Sequence record: AP018399.1
Reading direction: 5' to 3' (one strand)
DNA length: 64,000 nucleotides
The translations under genes were made by a program, and so were the position numbers. Below are positions 44,247 to 53,016 of the stretch, piece by piece (the stretch's first letter is position 1; the number at the start of each line of letters is the position of its first letter). The notes under the pieces are model-generated. The model worked only from the letters and a program-made list of their open reading frames with translations. It was not told the DNA's origin and did no database searches.

Positions 44247-44490
44247 GGGCTACATGAGTGTGTGCCAGTGAAGCGTCAGCGGCGTGGTCTTCACAGGACT
44301 TGTGTGTACCGTTGAAGCAGGATTCGCACCAGAATTTGACGAGGCCAATGGCTGGGCGGATAAGTTCGACTGCCTGCATGACAGCCATGATTTCTTGAGG
44401 ACAAATATGCATTCTAAGTTTTCCTTGTGTTCTAGAGTGTTCTGAAAGGTTCTCTCCCGTATTTAGGAGAGAACCGTTACAGTATATCAC
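44239..44490 (-). CDS. Small hypothetical protein (Cys/His-containing; start uncertain)
   Basis: ORF overlapping neighbours by a few nt; WCESC...HKSC. Confidence 0.4.
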   Translation of the reverse strand: MIYCNGSLLNTGENLSEHSRTQGKLRMHICPQEIMAVMQAVELIRPAIGLVKFWCESCFNGTHKSCEDHAADASLAHTHVAHD

Positions 44491-44786
44491 TCTACGACAG
44501 CAAAGATATCGTCAGTACGCACCATCTTGTGCGTCTTGTCCAAGGCAATACCAGTCGCAAGACTTAGCACAACCTTGTCGCCAACCTTCACCGGAGGCGG
44601 TACGAACGAGCCAGTCTTGGAATCGAACTTACCTTCACCAACGCTGACGATGACGCCAGTGACCGTTGACTGGTTGTTCGTCTGTTCGCTTTCAATGACG
44701 AACAGGCCGCTTTCACGCTGACTTTCCTTCTTGTTGACTTCCGGAATCTCAACGATTACCGAATCATTGATAGCACGGAACGTCAT
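44487..44786 (-). CDS. groES: GroES co-chaperonin
   Basis: FRAINDSVIV, RESGLFV, GVIVSVGEG, PPPVKVGDKV, DDIFAVV. Confidence 0.88.
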   Translation of the reverse strand: MTFRAINDSVIVEIPEVNKKESQRESGLFVIESEQTNNQSTVTGVIVSVGEGKFDSKTGSFVPPPVKVGDKVVLSLATGIALDKTHKMVRTDDIFAVVE

Positions 44787-44989
44787 TCCGCACCGCCTTC
44801 AACTGCCACTGATGATGCCTGTGCCACTTCGCGTGATGCGGCTTCAATTGCCTTGGAGTAGGCGATGTAGTCGTTCACTGACGCACGCAGGGCACCCTTG
44901 GTGTTATGGTCCATCGCGTTGAATAGACGCTTGGACTTCTTATCCGCACGATTCATCTTGCGTAGAAGCTTTGCTTGTTTACCGTTCAT
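44783..44989 (-). CDS. Small basic hypothetical protein
   Basis: GAGG SD, ATGA overlap with groES. Confidence 0.65.
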   Translation of the reverse strand: MNGKQAKLLRKMNRADKKSKRLFNAMDHNTKGALRASVNDYIAYSKAIEAASREVAQASSVAVEGGAE

Positions 44990-45040
44990 GGAATTTCCTC
45001 AAATTAGGTTACGCAAGTTTATCAAATGAATTTCTGAAAG

Positions 45041-45484
45041 TCAAGCGTAATGTATCAGCACGCGGGTTCCAGTGGTCAAAGAGCGCTGCATGGCTACTTT
45101 GTACAAGTCTTCCCACTCTGGCCTACCGGCTTGGAATCCATATAGCAGAATCGTGTCCAGATTCTTCATGTGCTTGGCACGATAATAACCGCCACGAAAG
45201 CCGGTGGTGTCGAACCTGACAATTGATTTATTCTGATGGGATTTCAAGAAGCCATAATTAGGCTCATAGGTAATATGTCCCATGTCCTTTGAAATCAATT
45301 CTCGCAAGTTCGCCATGACTGCCTGAACAGAGTTACGGGTCTTGCCCTTGGCAATAACCAGTGAGTTCTTATCAGGCTGGAACATATTTGCAAATACCAA
45401 TGGGAGATAATGGTATTGGCTATCCTGAAACTTGTCTTTGGTCAGGTCGAAGAATTCGTCAACCGTTGTCGCTAGCGTTGTCAT
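45041..45484 (-). CDS. Hypothetical protein
   Basis: Start set to ATG 45484 (MTTLATT); alpha/beta pattern. Confidence 0.6.
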   Translation of the reverse strand: MTTLATTVDEFFDLTKDKFQDSQYHYLPLVFANMFQPDKNSLVIAKGKTRNSVQAVMANLRELISKDMGHITYEPNYGFLKSHQNKSIVRFDTTGFRGGYYRAKHMKNLDTILLYGFQAGRPEWEDLYKVAMQRSLTTGTRVLIHYA

Positions 45485-45737
45485 ATGGTTTCTGCCGTAG
45501 TAGGTGTTCGTAGGGAGCGCCGTAGCCGCCCGCCAATTGCCAATCATGGTTGCTCAGTGGAATATACCCCAGAGCAACGTACTTACGTTCCCAGAAATGG
45601 AACCACCGTTCATGCCAGTTCGTTCCAACCGGGTCGCCCATGAAGGAGTAACTATCAAAGTCTCCAACGATTAGGCCGTGATGCGTATAGCGGTTTACGA
45701 TAACCGCTTCCTTCAATTCTTGAAATAGGCTCTTCAT
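45459..45737 (-). CDS. Hypothetical protein
   Basis: ATGA overlap with the SLOG gene stop. Confidence 0.55.
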   Translation of the reverse strand: MKSLFQELKEAVIVNRYTHHGLIVGDFDSYSFMGDPVGTNWHERWFHFWERKYVALGYIPLSNHDWQLAGGYGAPYEHLLRQKPYDNASDNG

Positions 45738-46249
45738 GCGGCCCTCATGTAAAATAAATCAAATGCGTTCATTGGGTCGCCTCGGACAGAGCCGAAATTC
45801 AAGACTGGAATATCGTATTGTTCAGCTAGCTTGATTGCTGTACGGGTTCCACCCTTTGATTCGCCACGTTCTGTCCAGCATAGGAGGAAGCGGCTTGGTG
45901 TTTTCAAGTCCTTTCCTAGAACCTGATACACGTTGCGGGCGTGGAGAAGTCGGGCGTAGGCTCGGCAAGCGTGCCAAGCCGGGTGAATTTTAGATGCAAT
46001 TTCTAGAGCCTGCTCACACACGCCGTAAAGCGGCGACGGATTCTTGTTGAATCCCTTGTCAGGAAGGTAGATATTCTTGCCATCAGCGTGCGGAACGCCG
46101 TCTTCGAAATAGGTGTCTGCACCGGCCGCACCGCCAGAACGCAGAATGTAGCCTTCCTCGTAAAGAAAGGCTGCAATTTTCGTCATGACGTTACCGACTG
46201 GTGGCGGGGTTTCTCGGGAACCGACCCCGGAATAAAATAGCTCTGTCAT
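45734..46249 (-). CDS. SLOG-superfamily (DprA/Smf-like) nucleotide-binding protein
   Basis: YSGVGSRETP, LRSGGAAGAD, HARNVYQVLG, SKGGT. Confidence 0.78.
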   Translation of the reverse strand: MTELFYSGVGSRETPPPVGNVMTKIAAFLYEEGYILRSGGAAGADTYFEDGVPHADGKNIYLPDKGFNKNPSPLYGVCEQALEIASKIHPAWHACRAYARLLHARNVYQVLGKDLKTPSRFLLCWTERGESKGGTRTAIKLAEQYDIPVLNFGSVRGDPMNAFDLFYMRAA

Positions 46250-46671
46250 TTTAGCGTGATGTTCATCATTTCCATGCGCTTGTCGAACGCTGCACGTAGA
46301 AACAAGTTCGCGTATTTCTCAAGACGGAAGCTGGGTTCAAGAGCGTCTTCAACGTCCACCTTCACAATCTCTTCGTCTTCTTGCGTTTCGATAGCATCGA
46401 AACGCTCTCGGTCCATTTCACATTTGAAGAAATGAACGATATCCCGTTCAATGAACAGGTTGCCGATGATTTCCCATTCGTCTACCGTGGTATCGACGCC
46501 AGCTTCTTCCTTGAATTCTCGGACCATACAGACAATAGCGCTGGTGTCGCCAAGCTTGTACTCGACTTTACCACCAAGGCCATTGTGTTGACCGCGTAGA
46601 AAGTCGGGTCGGTTCTTGAGAACCAACGCAACGTCTGGGCCACAGATGGCAAATCCACATACGTACCTCAC
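46246..46671 (-). CDS. NUDIX hydrolase
   Basis: GLGGKVE...REFKEEAG Nudix box. Confidence 0.85.
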   Translation of the reverse strand: MRYVCGFAICGPDVALVLKNRPDFLRGQHNGLGGKVEYKLGDTSAIVCMVREFKEEAGVDTTVDEWEIIGNLFIERDIVHFFKCEMDRERFDAIETQEDEEIVKVDVEDALEPSFRLEKYANLFLRAAFDKRMEMMNITLK

Positions 46672-47207
46672 AGTGCGTCTCCTAGCGGGTCGTCTTCACT
46701 ACCGAATAGTTCCAGAGCCTTCTTGTAGTCTTCATACGAGAAGCCGTTGTACGGGTCAGTCTGGATGAAACGCTTATGCTGATGGTCGTGGAAGTCATAG
46801 CTGTCGTCCACAATGATGTACTGGAAGTTCTTGATACCAACCGTGTGGTTATCAATCCAGTCCTGTACTTCGTCGCCACGGAATCCATTGTTACGGCGAC
46901 CGGTCACGCCGATGATGCGTTCAGCATCACCGTCAGGCCAGCCGAATTCGGTATGGAAAATCTTACGGATATCGCTCAGGCTGATAGCCTTACGCCATGC
47001 CGAAGACACGACGATGTAAGCATCCGTTCGCTGGATGATTTGCCAGATTAGCTTGACTGCCACCGGGTCAAATCCCGACGCGATAGTATGTCCCGCCAGA
47101 ATGGCGTGCTTCGCATTCAAAGCATTGACGCACTTCTGGTCGGCTACGACGCTGCGTACCGAATTGATTACGCCATCGAAGTCAAGGAAGATGATTTTCT
47201 GTTTCAT
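46668..47207 (-). CDS. HAD-family phosphatase (Swiss-army-knife RNA-repair type)
   Basis: IFLDFDGVINS, VVSSAWR, RGDEV..W, YIIVDD. Confidence 0.85.
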   Translation of the reverse strand: MKQKIIFLDFDGVINSVRSVVADQKCVNALNAKHAILAGHTIASGFDPVAVKLIWQIIQRTDAYIVVSSAWRKAISLSDIRKIFHTEFGWPDGDAERIIGVTGRRNNGFRGDEVQDWIDNHTVGIKNFQYIIVDDSYDFHDHQHKRFIQTDPYNGFSYEDYKKALELFGSEDDPLGDAL

Positions 47208-47644
47208 TGTAGGAACTCGTCTCGCACACGCATAATGATTTTACCTAGATTGTTTTCTCCGACACCCTCACAAACTCCCCAGAAGGTATCACCCCACGTA
47301 TTCCCTTCAATGATGAGGGAACCGGTGGTGTCTAAAAGTTTCTGACGAAGCTCATGGTTCGTGCCAAACTTCTCACGGGTGAATTGCTCCATCAGCGTAA
47401 GTCTAACATCATTCCAGTCTTCACGCACGGTAATTCGTCCGCCACGCTCAATCGGCTTGCCGTACTTCTTGGCAAGGGCCGGAGTCTCGGCAGACATGAT
47501 GAGAAGCCAGTCTTGGTAGTTGGTCGTCTTGGCCGCTTGGTAGTGGTGTTCGACGCTCAAGCCTCTGGCGGTATCATGAATCCAGAAGTTCGACAACCAT
47601 CTGTACTCGCCTCTGAACTCTTCAATGATTCGGGTGTATCGCAT
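47204..47644 (-). CDS. NADAR family (YbiA-like) protein
   Basis: FRGEYRWLSNF, EHHYQAAK, KFGTNHELRQKLLDT, EGNTWGDTFWG, GENNLGKIIMRVR. Confidence 0.9.
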   Translation of the reverse strand: MRYTRIIEEFRGEYRWLSNFWIHDTARGLSVEHHYQAAKTTNYQDWLLIMSAETPALAKKYGKPIERGGRITVREDWNDVRLTLMEQFTREKFGTNHELRQKLLDTTGSLIIEGNTWGDTFWGVCEGVGENNLGKIIMRVRDEFLQ

Positions 47645-47714
47645 ATAATTGATTCGCGTAAACTTTTCGCGGAGATAAATAACATCATATCACATCCCTG
47701 TGAAAAGGACAAAC

Positions 47715-48302
47715 ATGGAAACCCTAAAAGAAATCGCGTACCAGAACGAATTGAGCCGTATCGAACGTGGCATCAACTTCCTAGAGAGTGAGCTACAGGA
47801 ACTTCTAACCTACAGCGTCCGTCTAGACGAATACGCTAACGATGCAGAGACAATGCTGAACAACATTCTGAACGATGCCGAGCGTCGTATCGAAGCTGCC
47901 CGTCGCGGACTATCCGCTGCCAGCAAGTTGAAAGACCCTGCTGAACGTAAGCAGCATGTAGGCCGTATGCTTGCCCACTTGAACCGCACCCGTTCATTGC
48001 TGGACAAGGTTGTCAAGGAATTCTTCCCTGAGAAGGTTGACCCGAAGGATGATTCTGCTAAGCCTGTTGACCGTGAGGAATACATTTCTCCACAGCAAGC
48101 CGCTGAAACTCTAGGTATCCCGACTCACAAGATTCAGCAATTGGCGATGCAGAACAAGCTTCGTATGTACAATCACAACGGTAAGTGGGCCTTGAAGGGT
48201 TCCGAAGTTCAGAAGCTAGCTGACGCTGGCCTTGGTGGCGGAACTGCACCGAAGGGCGCACCATCACCGAATCGTGCCGACTTCATGCAGTACGTCAAGT
48301 AA
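47715..48302 (+). CDS. Coiled-coil protein with C-terminal excisionase/MerR-like HTH
   Basis: YISPQQAAETLGIPTHKIQQLAMQNKL; late motif ATAAATA at 47675..47681; AAGGA SD before ATG 47715. Confidence 0.65.
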   Translation: METLKEIAYQNELSRIERGINFLESELQELLTYSVRLDEYANDAETMLNNILNDAERRIEAARRGLSAASKLKDPAERKQHVGRMLAHLNRTRSLLDKVVKEFFPEKVDPKDDSAKPVDREEYISPQQAAETLGIPTHKIQQLAMQNKLRMYNHNGKWALKGSEVQKLADAGLGGGTAPKGAPSPNRADFMQYVK

Positions 48303-48334
48303 AAGGAAACCCGCCGAAAGGCGGGTTTCTTCTT
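48301..48334. terminator. Bidirectional rho-independent terminator
   Basis: GAAACCCGCC-GAAA-GGCGGGTTTC with T-rich runs on both strands between convergent genes. Confidence 0.85.
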
Positions 48335-48518
48335 AGTAGCTTCCGCGAGTCTTAAACCATTGTCCCTTTAGGGAAAAGCTAGTAGGCTGCGGGGTGTCAG
48401 TGCGTTGAAGTGGAGCATCATCTTCGCAATCGCACTGCTGTTCATCGGCATTACGGAAAGACACTAGACGGTCCTGTACCTTCCCGCACTTGGTACACTG
48501 ATATTCGTAAATCGGCAT
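48333..48518 (-). CDS. FmdB-family zinc-ribbon protein
   Basis: MPIYEYQCTKCG...CDC...LQR. Confidence 0.8.
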   Translation of the reverse strand: MPIYEYQCTKCGKVQDRLVSFRNADEQQCDCEDDAPLQRTDTPQPTSFSLKGQWFKTRGSY

Positions 48519-48525
48519 TATGTCC

Positions 48526-48771
48526 TCACTGGCAAATTGATTTGAATTTCAGAAGGAGCTTTCTGAACCAACCAATCTTTGCCTTCGGAGCATCCTCCGG
48601 ATTCTTTGCTGCACGAAGCATAGCTTGGCTCACTTCGCGTTGCGTGAACAGTGCTGGGAACAAAATCCCCTCATCGTCCGAAACGTACACCAAATAGTAT
48701 TCACCACTGGCGAGACGGTGTGGGTTCTTGTTTTCTACAATACTGGACAGGTAAATGATTGACTTAGGCAT
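48526..48771 (-). CDS. Hypothetical protein
   Basis: AGGAGG SD. Confidence 0.7.
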   Translation of the reverse strand: MPKSIIYLSSIVENKNPHRLASGEYYLVYVSDDEGILFPALFTQREVSQAMLRAAKNPEDAPKAKIGWFRKLLLKFKSICQ

Positions 48772-48800
48772 AGAGTCCTCCTAAGTCAATATTTAGAATT

Positions 48801-48826
48801 AAGAAACCCGGCTGTCGCCGGGTTCC
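48801..48826 (-). terminator. Rho-independent terminator
   Basis: AACCCGGC/GCCGGGTT stem followed by TCTT. Confidence 0.65.
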
Positions 48827-48827
48827 G

Positions 48828-49391
48828 TTAATCTCCGTGGTGCTTGAAGATTGGCTGGTTTCGCATGAACAGTTCGACTTCCTCAAACGAGAAAGGACGG
48901 TACGGGGCTTCGCCAGTGATGAACGGCGAGTCAACGCCAACGTCCACTGACTTCCCGTAAGGCTCCATGTCGCCGTGAGTATGGCCGAACAACTGCCATG
49001 AACCGTAGTGCGAACCATTCCATGCACGCTGGGCGTAATGGAACAGACACATCTTCTGCTTGTTCCACGACAGTTCCTTGTAGTCACGGATTTCCTTCAC
49101 CAGACCCGATGCCAGCAGTTCCTTACGGTTCTGGGCAATCTTCTGGCAATGGTTACCCAGAACCATATGCAAGTTACCGTTCAGGCGCTTGATGGTTTCT
49201 ACGGTCTTGTCGTAAGGCATGAACGCGAAGTCACCCAGCGACCAGACGGTATCACCCGGCTTGACCACTTCGTTCCAGCGCTGAATCAGCCCTTCGTTCA
49301 TTTCGTCAACCGACGCGAATGGTCGGTTGCAAAACTTGATGATGTTGGCGTGCCCAAAATGCACGTCCGATGTGAAAAACAGGTTGCTCAT
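48828..49391 (-). CDS. Calcineurin-like metallophosphoesterase
   Basis: FTSDVHFGH, LGDF, LGNH, LFHY, FGHTHG. Confidence 0.9.
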   Translation of the reverse strand: MSNLFFTSDVHFGHANIIKFCNRPFASVDEMNEGLIQRWNEVVKPGDTVWSLGDFAFMPYDKTVETIKRLNGNLHMVLGNHCQKIAQNRKELLASGLVKEIRDYKELSWNKQKMCLFHYAQRAWNGSHYGSWQLFGHTHGDMEPYGKSVDVGVDSPFITGEAPYRPFSFEEVELFMRNQPIFKHHGD

Positions 49392-49404
49392 TTCTTTAAA
49401 TCCT

Positions 49405-50010
49405 TTAGATACAGAGTTCGAATAGTTGATAGACTTGATTATAGCACGCTACTCGGTCGAATGTAAAGGACTTTGGCATCTGGGACCAGACTTCCTTAAC
49501 GGAGTAGGGTTCCCGGCCGGATTTGTACCATACCCGGTTCTCCCTCATGAACAGGTAGAACATGGTATAGGCATTGGCCTTCTGAATGTATTCTTCCTCA
49601 TTCAGACCGGTTTCCCATTCCTTATGCTGCCTGACGCTTCTCATTTCGCAGTCAAGCTCAATCATGTACGCTGCCTTGAACGAACCATCTAGCTGTTCTT
49701 CGGTGAAGCCGTCTTCACCGTCAATCCACCGCCAGATGAAATCGTTGTCGGTTAGGTCTAGCCATTCAGGGGTTTGTTCTAGGAATTGCTGCATGTGGCA
49801 ATACTCATGGACTAGAACGTCGAGAGTATTAGCACCTGTGGCAATGGCTAGACGGGGATTATAACCTTCCCCGTCATCCCCATCAGTAAAGTACCCGTTG
49901 GACTTTACCTTGTCTCGGAACATTACGGTCTTACCGCGACCGTGATAGAACTCAACACCGTACTTCTTGCACTCTTTCTTGATGATGCTCTTAATTTCTT
50001 CGAACTGCAT
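49405..50010 (-). CDS. Hypothetical protein with zincin-like HExxH motif
   Basis: LVHEYCHMQQ and downstream ELDCE. Confidence 0.6.
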   Translation of the reverse strand: MQFEEIKSIIKKECKKYGVEFYHGRGKTVMFRDKVKSNGYFTDGDDGEGYNPRLAIATGANTLDVLVHEYCHMQQFLEQTPEWLDLTDNDFIWRWIDGEDGFTEEQLDGSFKAAYMIELDCEMRSVRQHKEWETGLNEEEYIQKANAYTMFYLFMRENRVWYKSGREPYSVKEVWSQMPKSFTFDRVACYNQVYQLFELCI

Positions 50011-50041
50011 TTATTCCCGTTCTTGATGGTCTACAGCACCA

Positions 50042-50458
50042 TCACTTCAATAGAGGGTACTTCTTGGTGAACGGGTCAATTCGTTCAGCGCTGTGGGGAC
50101 CGATAGCAATACAGGTTTTGGTTTTGACGCCACCAAACTCGGTCGTGCCGTTGTCGATGATAAGACTAACACGAAGTCCAGCTTTTTGCACCTTCTCATA
50201 AAGCTGCATAAGTTTTTCTTCGCTCTTGACGTAGACGACAATCTTGGTGAATGAACCGTTCAGCCATTCCTTCAATTCTTTATCGTTCTCACTGTCGCTG
50301 AATGACAGGTTGTACTCTTCTACTTCGTTGCTCAGACCAATACCCTTACTCATGGCATCGACCAACGCCTTCATAGAAGCGTGGGCCGCTTGGGAAGCAA
50401 TCTTCCCTCTGCTCATGTTGAGGTCTTCGCGGACGACAATAATTTGTTTAACAGTCAT
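50042..50458 (-). CDS. pth2: Peptidyl-tRNA hydrolase, Pth2 class
   Basis: KQIIVVREDLNMSRGKIASQAAHAS, KIVV, IIDNGTTE, TCIAIGP; start set to ATG 50458. Confidence 0.9.
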   Translation of the reverse strand: MTVKQIIVVREDLNMSRGKIASQAAHASMKALVDAMSKGIGLSNEVEEYNLSFSDSENDKELKEWLNGSFTKIVVYVKSEEKLMQLYEKVQKAGLRVSLIIDNGTTEFGGVKTKTCIAIGPHSAERIDPFTKKYPLLK

Positions 50459-50552
50459 TTCTTTTAGCCTTATAACTTTGTGGAGTGGACATGATATCAC
50501 ATTCACAGACGCTTGACAAACCCAAAAAAGTGGGTAGACTTTGACAACGATT

Positions 50553-50560
50553 TATAAATA
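50553..50560 (+). promoter_or_regulatory. Perfect T4 late promoter TATAAATA
   Basis: Exact T4 consensus ~32 nt upstream of the 50593 start; a TTGACA-16-TAGACT element lies at 50513..50540. Confidence 0.75.
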
Positions 50561-50592
50561 ATCGAAACAACCTTACAGGATTACTTTTCACA

Positions 50593-51045
50593 ATGAAGAT
50601 TCAGAACATCTTGAGCGAAGACTTTCAGGCTCAGGTCGCAGCTACCCCGGCTCCAAAGATTAAGTTCAGTGACCTAGACACCCTACAGGTCAGAGTTCTA
50701 CAGAAGCTTGCAGATGGTTCCCTAGACGTGGACACTGCTAAGGACAGCGAATACGATATCATGGCAGACCTAGCCGAGCTAGGATTGCTAGACCAAGATT
50801 ACCAGTTGACGAAGGCAGGCCAGAAGGCCGTTGCCATCGCTCAGAAGCTAGGCGGTAGCGCAGAGCTACTAGCTGCTCGTAAGAAGCAGCAGTCTATGGA
50901 CACATTTGACCGTGGTGGCGCTCCGGCCCTAGACGTTGAGGTTGACGATACTGTCGATGACGACGCTCTACCGGCTGACGATGAAGTTGAAGACGAAGAT
51001 GAGTTCGATTTCAACCTAGGCCAGCGTGGTCGCACCGAGTTCTAA
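50593..51045 (+). CDS. Late hypothetical protein with acidic tail
   Basis: Late promoter, AGGA SD, own terminator. Confidence 0.75.
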   Translation: MKIQNILSEDFQAQVAATPAPKIKFSDLDTLQVRVLQKLADGSLDVDTAKDSEYDIMADLAELGLLDQDYQLTKAGQKAVAIAQKLGGSAELLAARKKQQSMDTFDRGGAPALDVEVDDTVDDDALPADDEVEDEDEFDFNLGQRGRTEF

Positions 51046-51069
51046 TCTTAGAACAACTCCTGAAATGAA

Positions 51070-51130
51070 GAAACCCGCCGATGGCGGGTTTTCTTTTGGT
51101 CAAAAGAAAAGCCCCGTTTCCGGGGCTTTC
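51070..51130. terminator. Back-to-back terminators for convergent genes
   Basis: AAACCCGCC/GGCGGGTTT + TCTTTT (plus) and AAAGCCCCG/CGGGGCTTT + TCTTTT (minus). Confidence 0.85.
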
Positions 51131-51132
51131 TA

Positions 51133-51759
51133 TTACTTCTTGCAGATGCTTTCAAGGAACTTCTTGACTTCCGACTCAAAGAACTTCTGAGCTTCGGGGT
51201 CTTCACGGACCGCTTCGGCTAGAGTTAGCACCTTGCGTCCCTTCTGTTCCTGTAGAGCTTCAAACATCGTAGTTGGATATGCACCCTGAGCCGATGGGGT
51301 AGCCACTAGGTCGATGGTCTGTAGGTTGAAGTTGCTCACCATACCTTCCGACACGACACCAGTACCACGGCTGGATACACCATAACGAACGCCAGACTTA
51401 GCTAGCTCCTTGGCGATTAGGCCAACCGGAGTGTCAAGAATCTTCATCTTGCCCATCACGTTTGAACCGTCCATGTACACTTCCGTGATGACGTGCGAAA
51501 CACGGTCAAGGTTGATGCTGATACGGTCAGCCGGGTGGTCTAGCTCGCCGAACACACCACCGTACTCCTGAATGCTTTGACGCATTGAGTTGACGGCAGC
51601 GGTCATTTCCGCTAGTGGGTAGATACGGCCGTTACGATTCTGGATATCAGCCTGCATGACGATACCAGATAGAAATACGTTCTTACCGTCATTCACGGCT
51701 TCGGTAATGATATTACCCTGAGCCGCGTTTAGGTGTTCGACTAGAATTGCCTGCTTCAT
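51133..51759 (-). CDS. gp21: Prohead protease (T4 gp21-like)
   Basis: GIVMQADIQNRNGRIYP, GELDHP, ILDTPVG, GVSSRGTG, DLVATPSA. Confidence 0.95.
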   Translation of the reverse strand: MKQAILVEHLNAAQGNIITEAVNDGKNVFLSGIVMQADIQNRNGRIYPLAEMTAAVNSMRQSIQEYGGVFGELDHPADRISINLDRVSHVITEVYMDGSNVMGKMKILDTPVGLIAKELAKSGVRYGVSSRGTGVVSEGMVSNFNLQTIDLVATPSAQGAYPTTMFEALQEQKGRKVLTLAEAVREDPEAQKFFESEVKKFLESICKK

Positions 51760-51763
51760 TTTA

Positions 51764-52159
51764 TTACTGTCCTCGCTTTGTGTAACGTTGAATTAGGAAG
51801 TCGTAGAGGTCTTCAACTGTGTTGAATTCCTTACTGAAACGACCACCTTCTTCAATGAAGTTGATACCACTTTCGAAATCAGTTGGGTCATTCTGAATGA
51901 CACCTACCTGCTTCCCGTCAACAATTACACGGTCGCCACGGAACTGAACCGGGCTGTCCTGCTGCAAGTCAACAAATTCGCGGAGCTTAACTAGAAAGGC
52001 TTCGTTCGTTGGCGTTGCGGCCGGAGCAACCGGTTCGCTGTAGCCAAGGATTTCACGAGTCTTCGACTGCACGTAAGGAGCGAATGCGTCCTTAGCGGCT
52101 GAGTCGTCGCCCTTGATGATGCCGTCAATTACTGCTCGTAGCTGTTCTTTCTTATCCAT
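51764..52159 (-). CDS. Prohead core protein candidate (gp67-like N-terminus)
   Basis: LRAVIDGIIKGDDSAAKDAF...K..EIL resembles the gp67 helix; between portal and protease. Confidence 0.5.
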   Translation of the reverse strand: MDKKEQLRAVIDGIIKGDDSAAKDAFAPYVQSKTREILGYSEPVAPAATPTNEAFLVKLREFVDLQQDSPVQFRGDRVIVDGKQVGVIQNDPTDFESGINFIEEGGRFSKEFNTVEDLYDFLIQRYTKRGQ

Positions 52160-52168
52160 TTGGGTTCC

Positions 52169-52396
52169 TTATTGAATTGCGTTGACCACTTGGAAGTAAG
52201 TCGTTAGCTTCTCGTTCTTTGCCGCAGCCAATTCCTTGGGCGGTTGTTCGTTACAAGCTTCACTCTCACTTGGGTCTTTAATCTTGTTCGTCTTCTTTGA
52301 CTTAGGAACATCCGCACCAAACAAGGTCTTATTTGGATTTGCGATGTTCGCGAAGTAGAAGCCACTTTCTGCTAGGTATTCTGAAAACTTACTCAC
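52169..52396 (-). CDS. Small hypothetical protein (MSKFSEYLAE...)
   Basis: GTG at 52396 overlapping the upstream stop; KFSEYLAE is typical of T4-like internal/prohead proteins; the upstream part of the track ORF is probably not coding. Confidence 0.55.
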   Translation of the reverse strand: MSKFSEYLAESGFYFANIANPNKTLFGADVPKSKKTNKIKDPSESEACNEQPPKELAAAKNEKLTTYFQVVNAIQ

Positions 52397-52994
52397 CACC
52401 GCCGCCTCCATCGCCACCGGCTCCGGCGTCACCGCCGTCTGTACCACCGTGGTCACTAGCATGGTCACCATGCCATGCTCCCGGAGCATAGCCAGTGCCG
52501 TAGCGACCCTTATTTACCTTCGGAAGAACTTTTTTCTTCTTCGGAATCTTCTTAGTTGTGTAAGCGTTTGGAATCTTTGGTAGGCCGACAACCACACTGT
52601 CCACTGGACGGGTGATGACGTTACCTAGATTTTCGTCAACCTTCTTAGGGTCGAACTTATAACCAACTAGCTTCTCTAGAGCGTGGATGGCTTTATCCAT
52701 GTAAAGCTTACCCTTGCTCTGAATGTCTTCGGCACACTTACGGAAATCCTCTTCGGATACCGCGTCCAGTGTTGAATATGAGGCCAGCTTCTTGAGGAAC
52801 GCTGCCTTGTCTTCTGCCTTACCGTGAAGCATTTCAATATGCTTCTCCATCTGTTCCGAAGTCATAGTACGCTGATGGTCTTCGCTGATTAGAGCGTGAA
52901 CCTTCTTCTCAGCATACGAGCGGAACAAGCGAGCCGCACGGTCCGTATGGCCCATGCGGAAAGCTTCTAGCATTGAAATCAAATCTTGCTTCAT
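52389..52994 (-). CDS. Prohead core protein candidate, Gly-rich tail
   Basis: LISMLEAFRMGHTDRAARLF...K..ALI N-terminus similar to 51764..52159; perfect late promoter at 53001..53008. Confidence 0.55.
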   Translation of the reverse strand: MKQDLISMLEAFRMGHTDRAARLFRSYAEKKVHALISEDHQRTMTSEQMEKHIEMLHGKAEDKAAFLKKLASYSTLDAVSEEDFRKCAEDIQSKGKLYMDKAIHALEKLVGYKFDPKKVDENLGNVITRPVDSVVVGLPKIPNAYTTKKIPKKKKVLPKVNKGRYGTGYAPGAWHGDHASDHGGTDGGDAGAGGDGGGGGE

Positions 52995-53000
52995 AGGAAT

Positions 53001-53008
53001 TATTTATA
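53001..53008 (-). promoter_or_regulatory. Perfect T4 late promoter TATAAATA
   Basis: Exact consensus upstream of 52994. Confidence 0.65.
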
Positions 53009-53016
53009 AATTAGGG

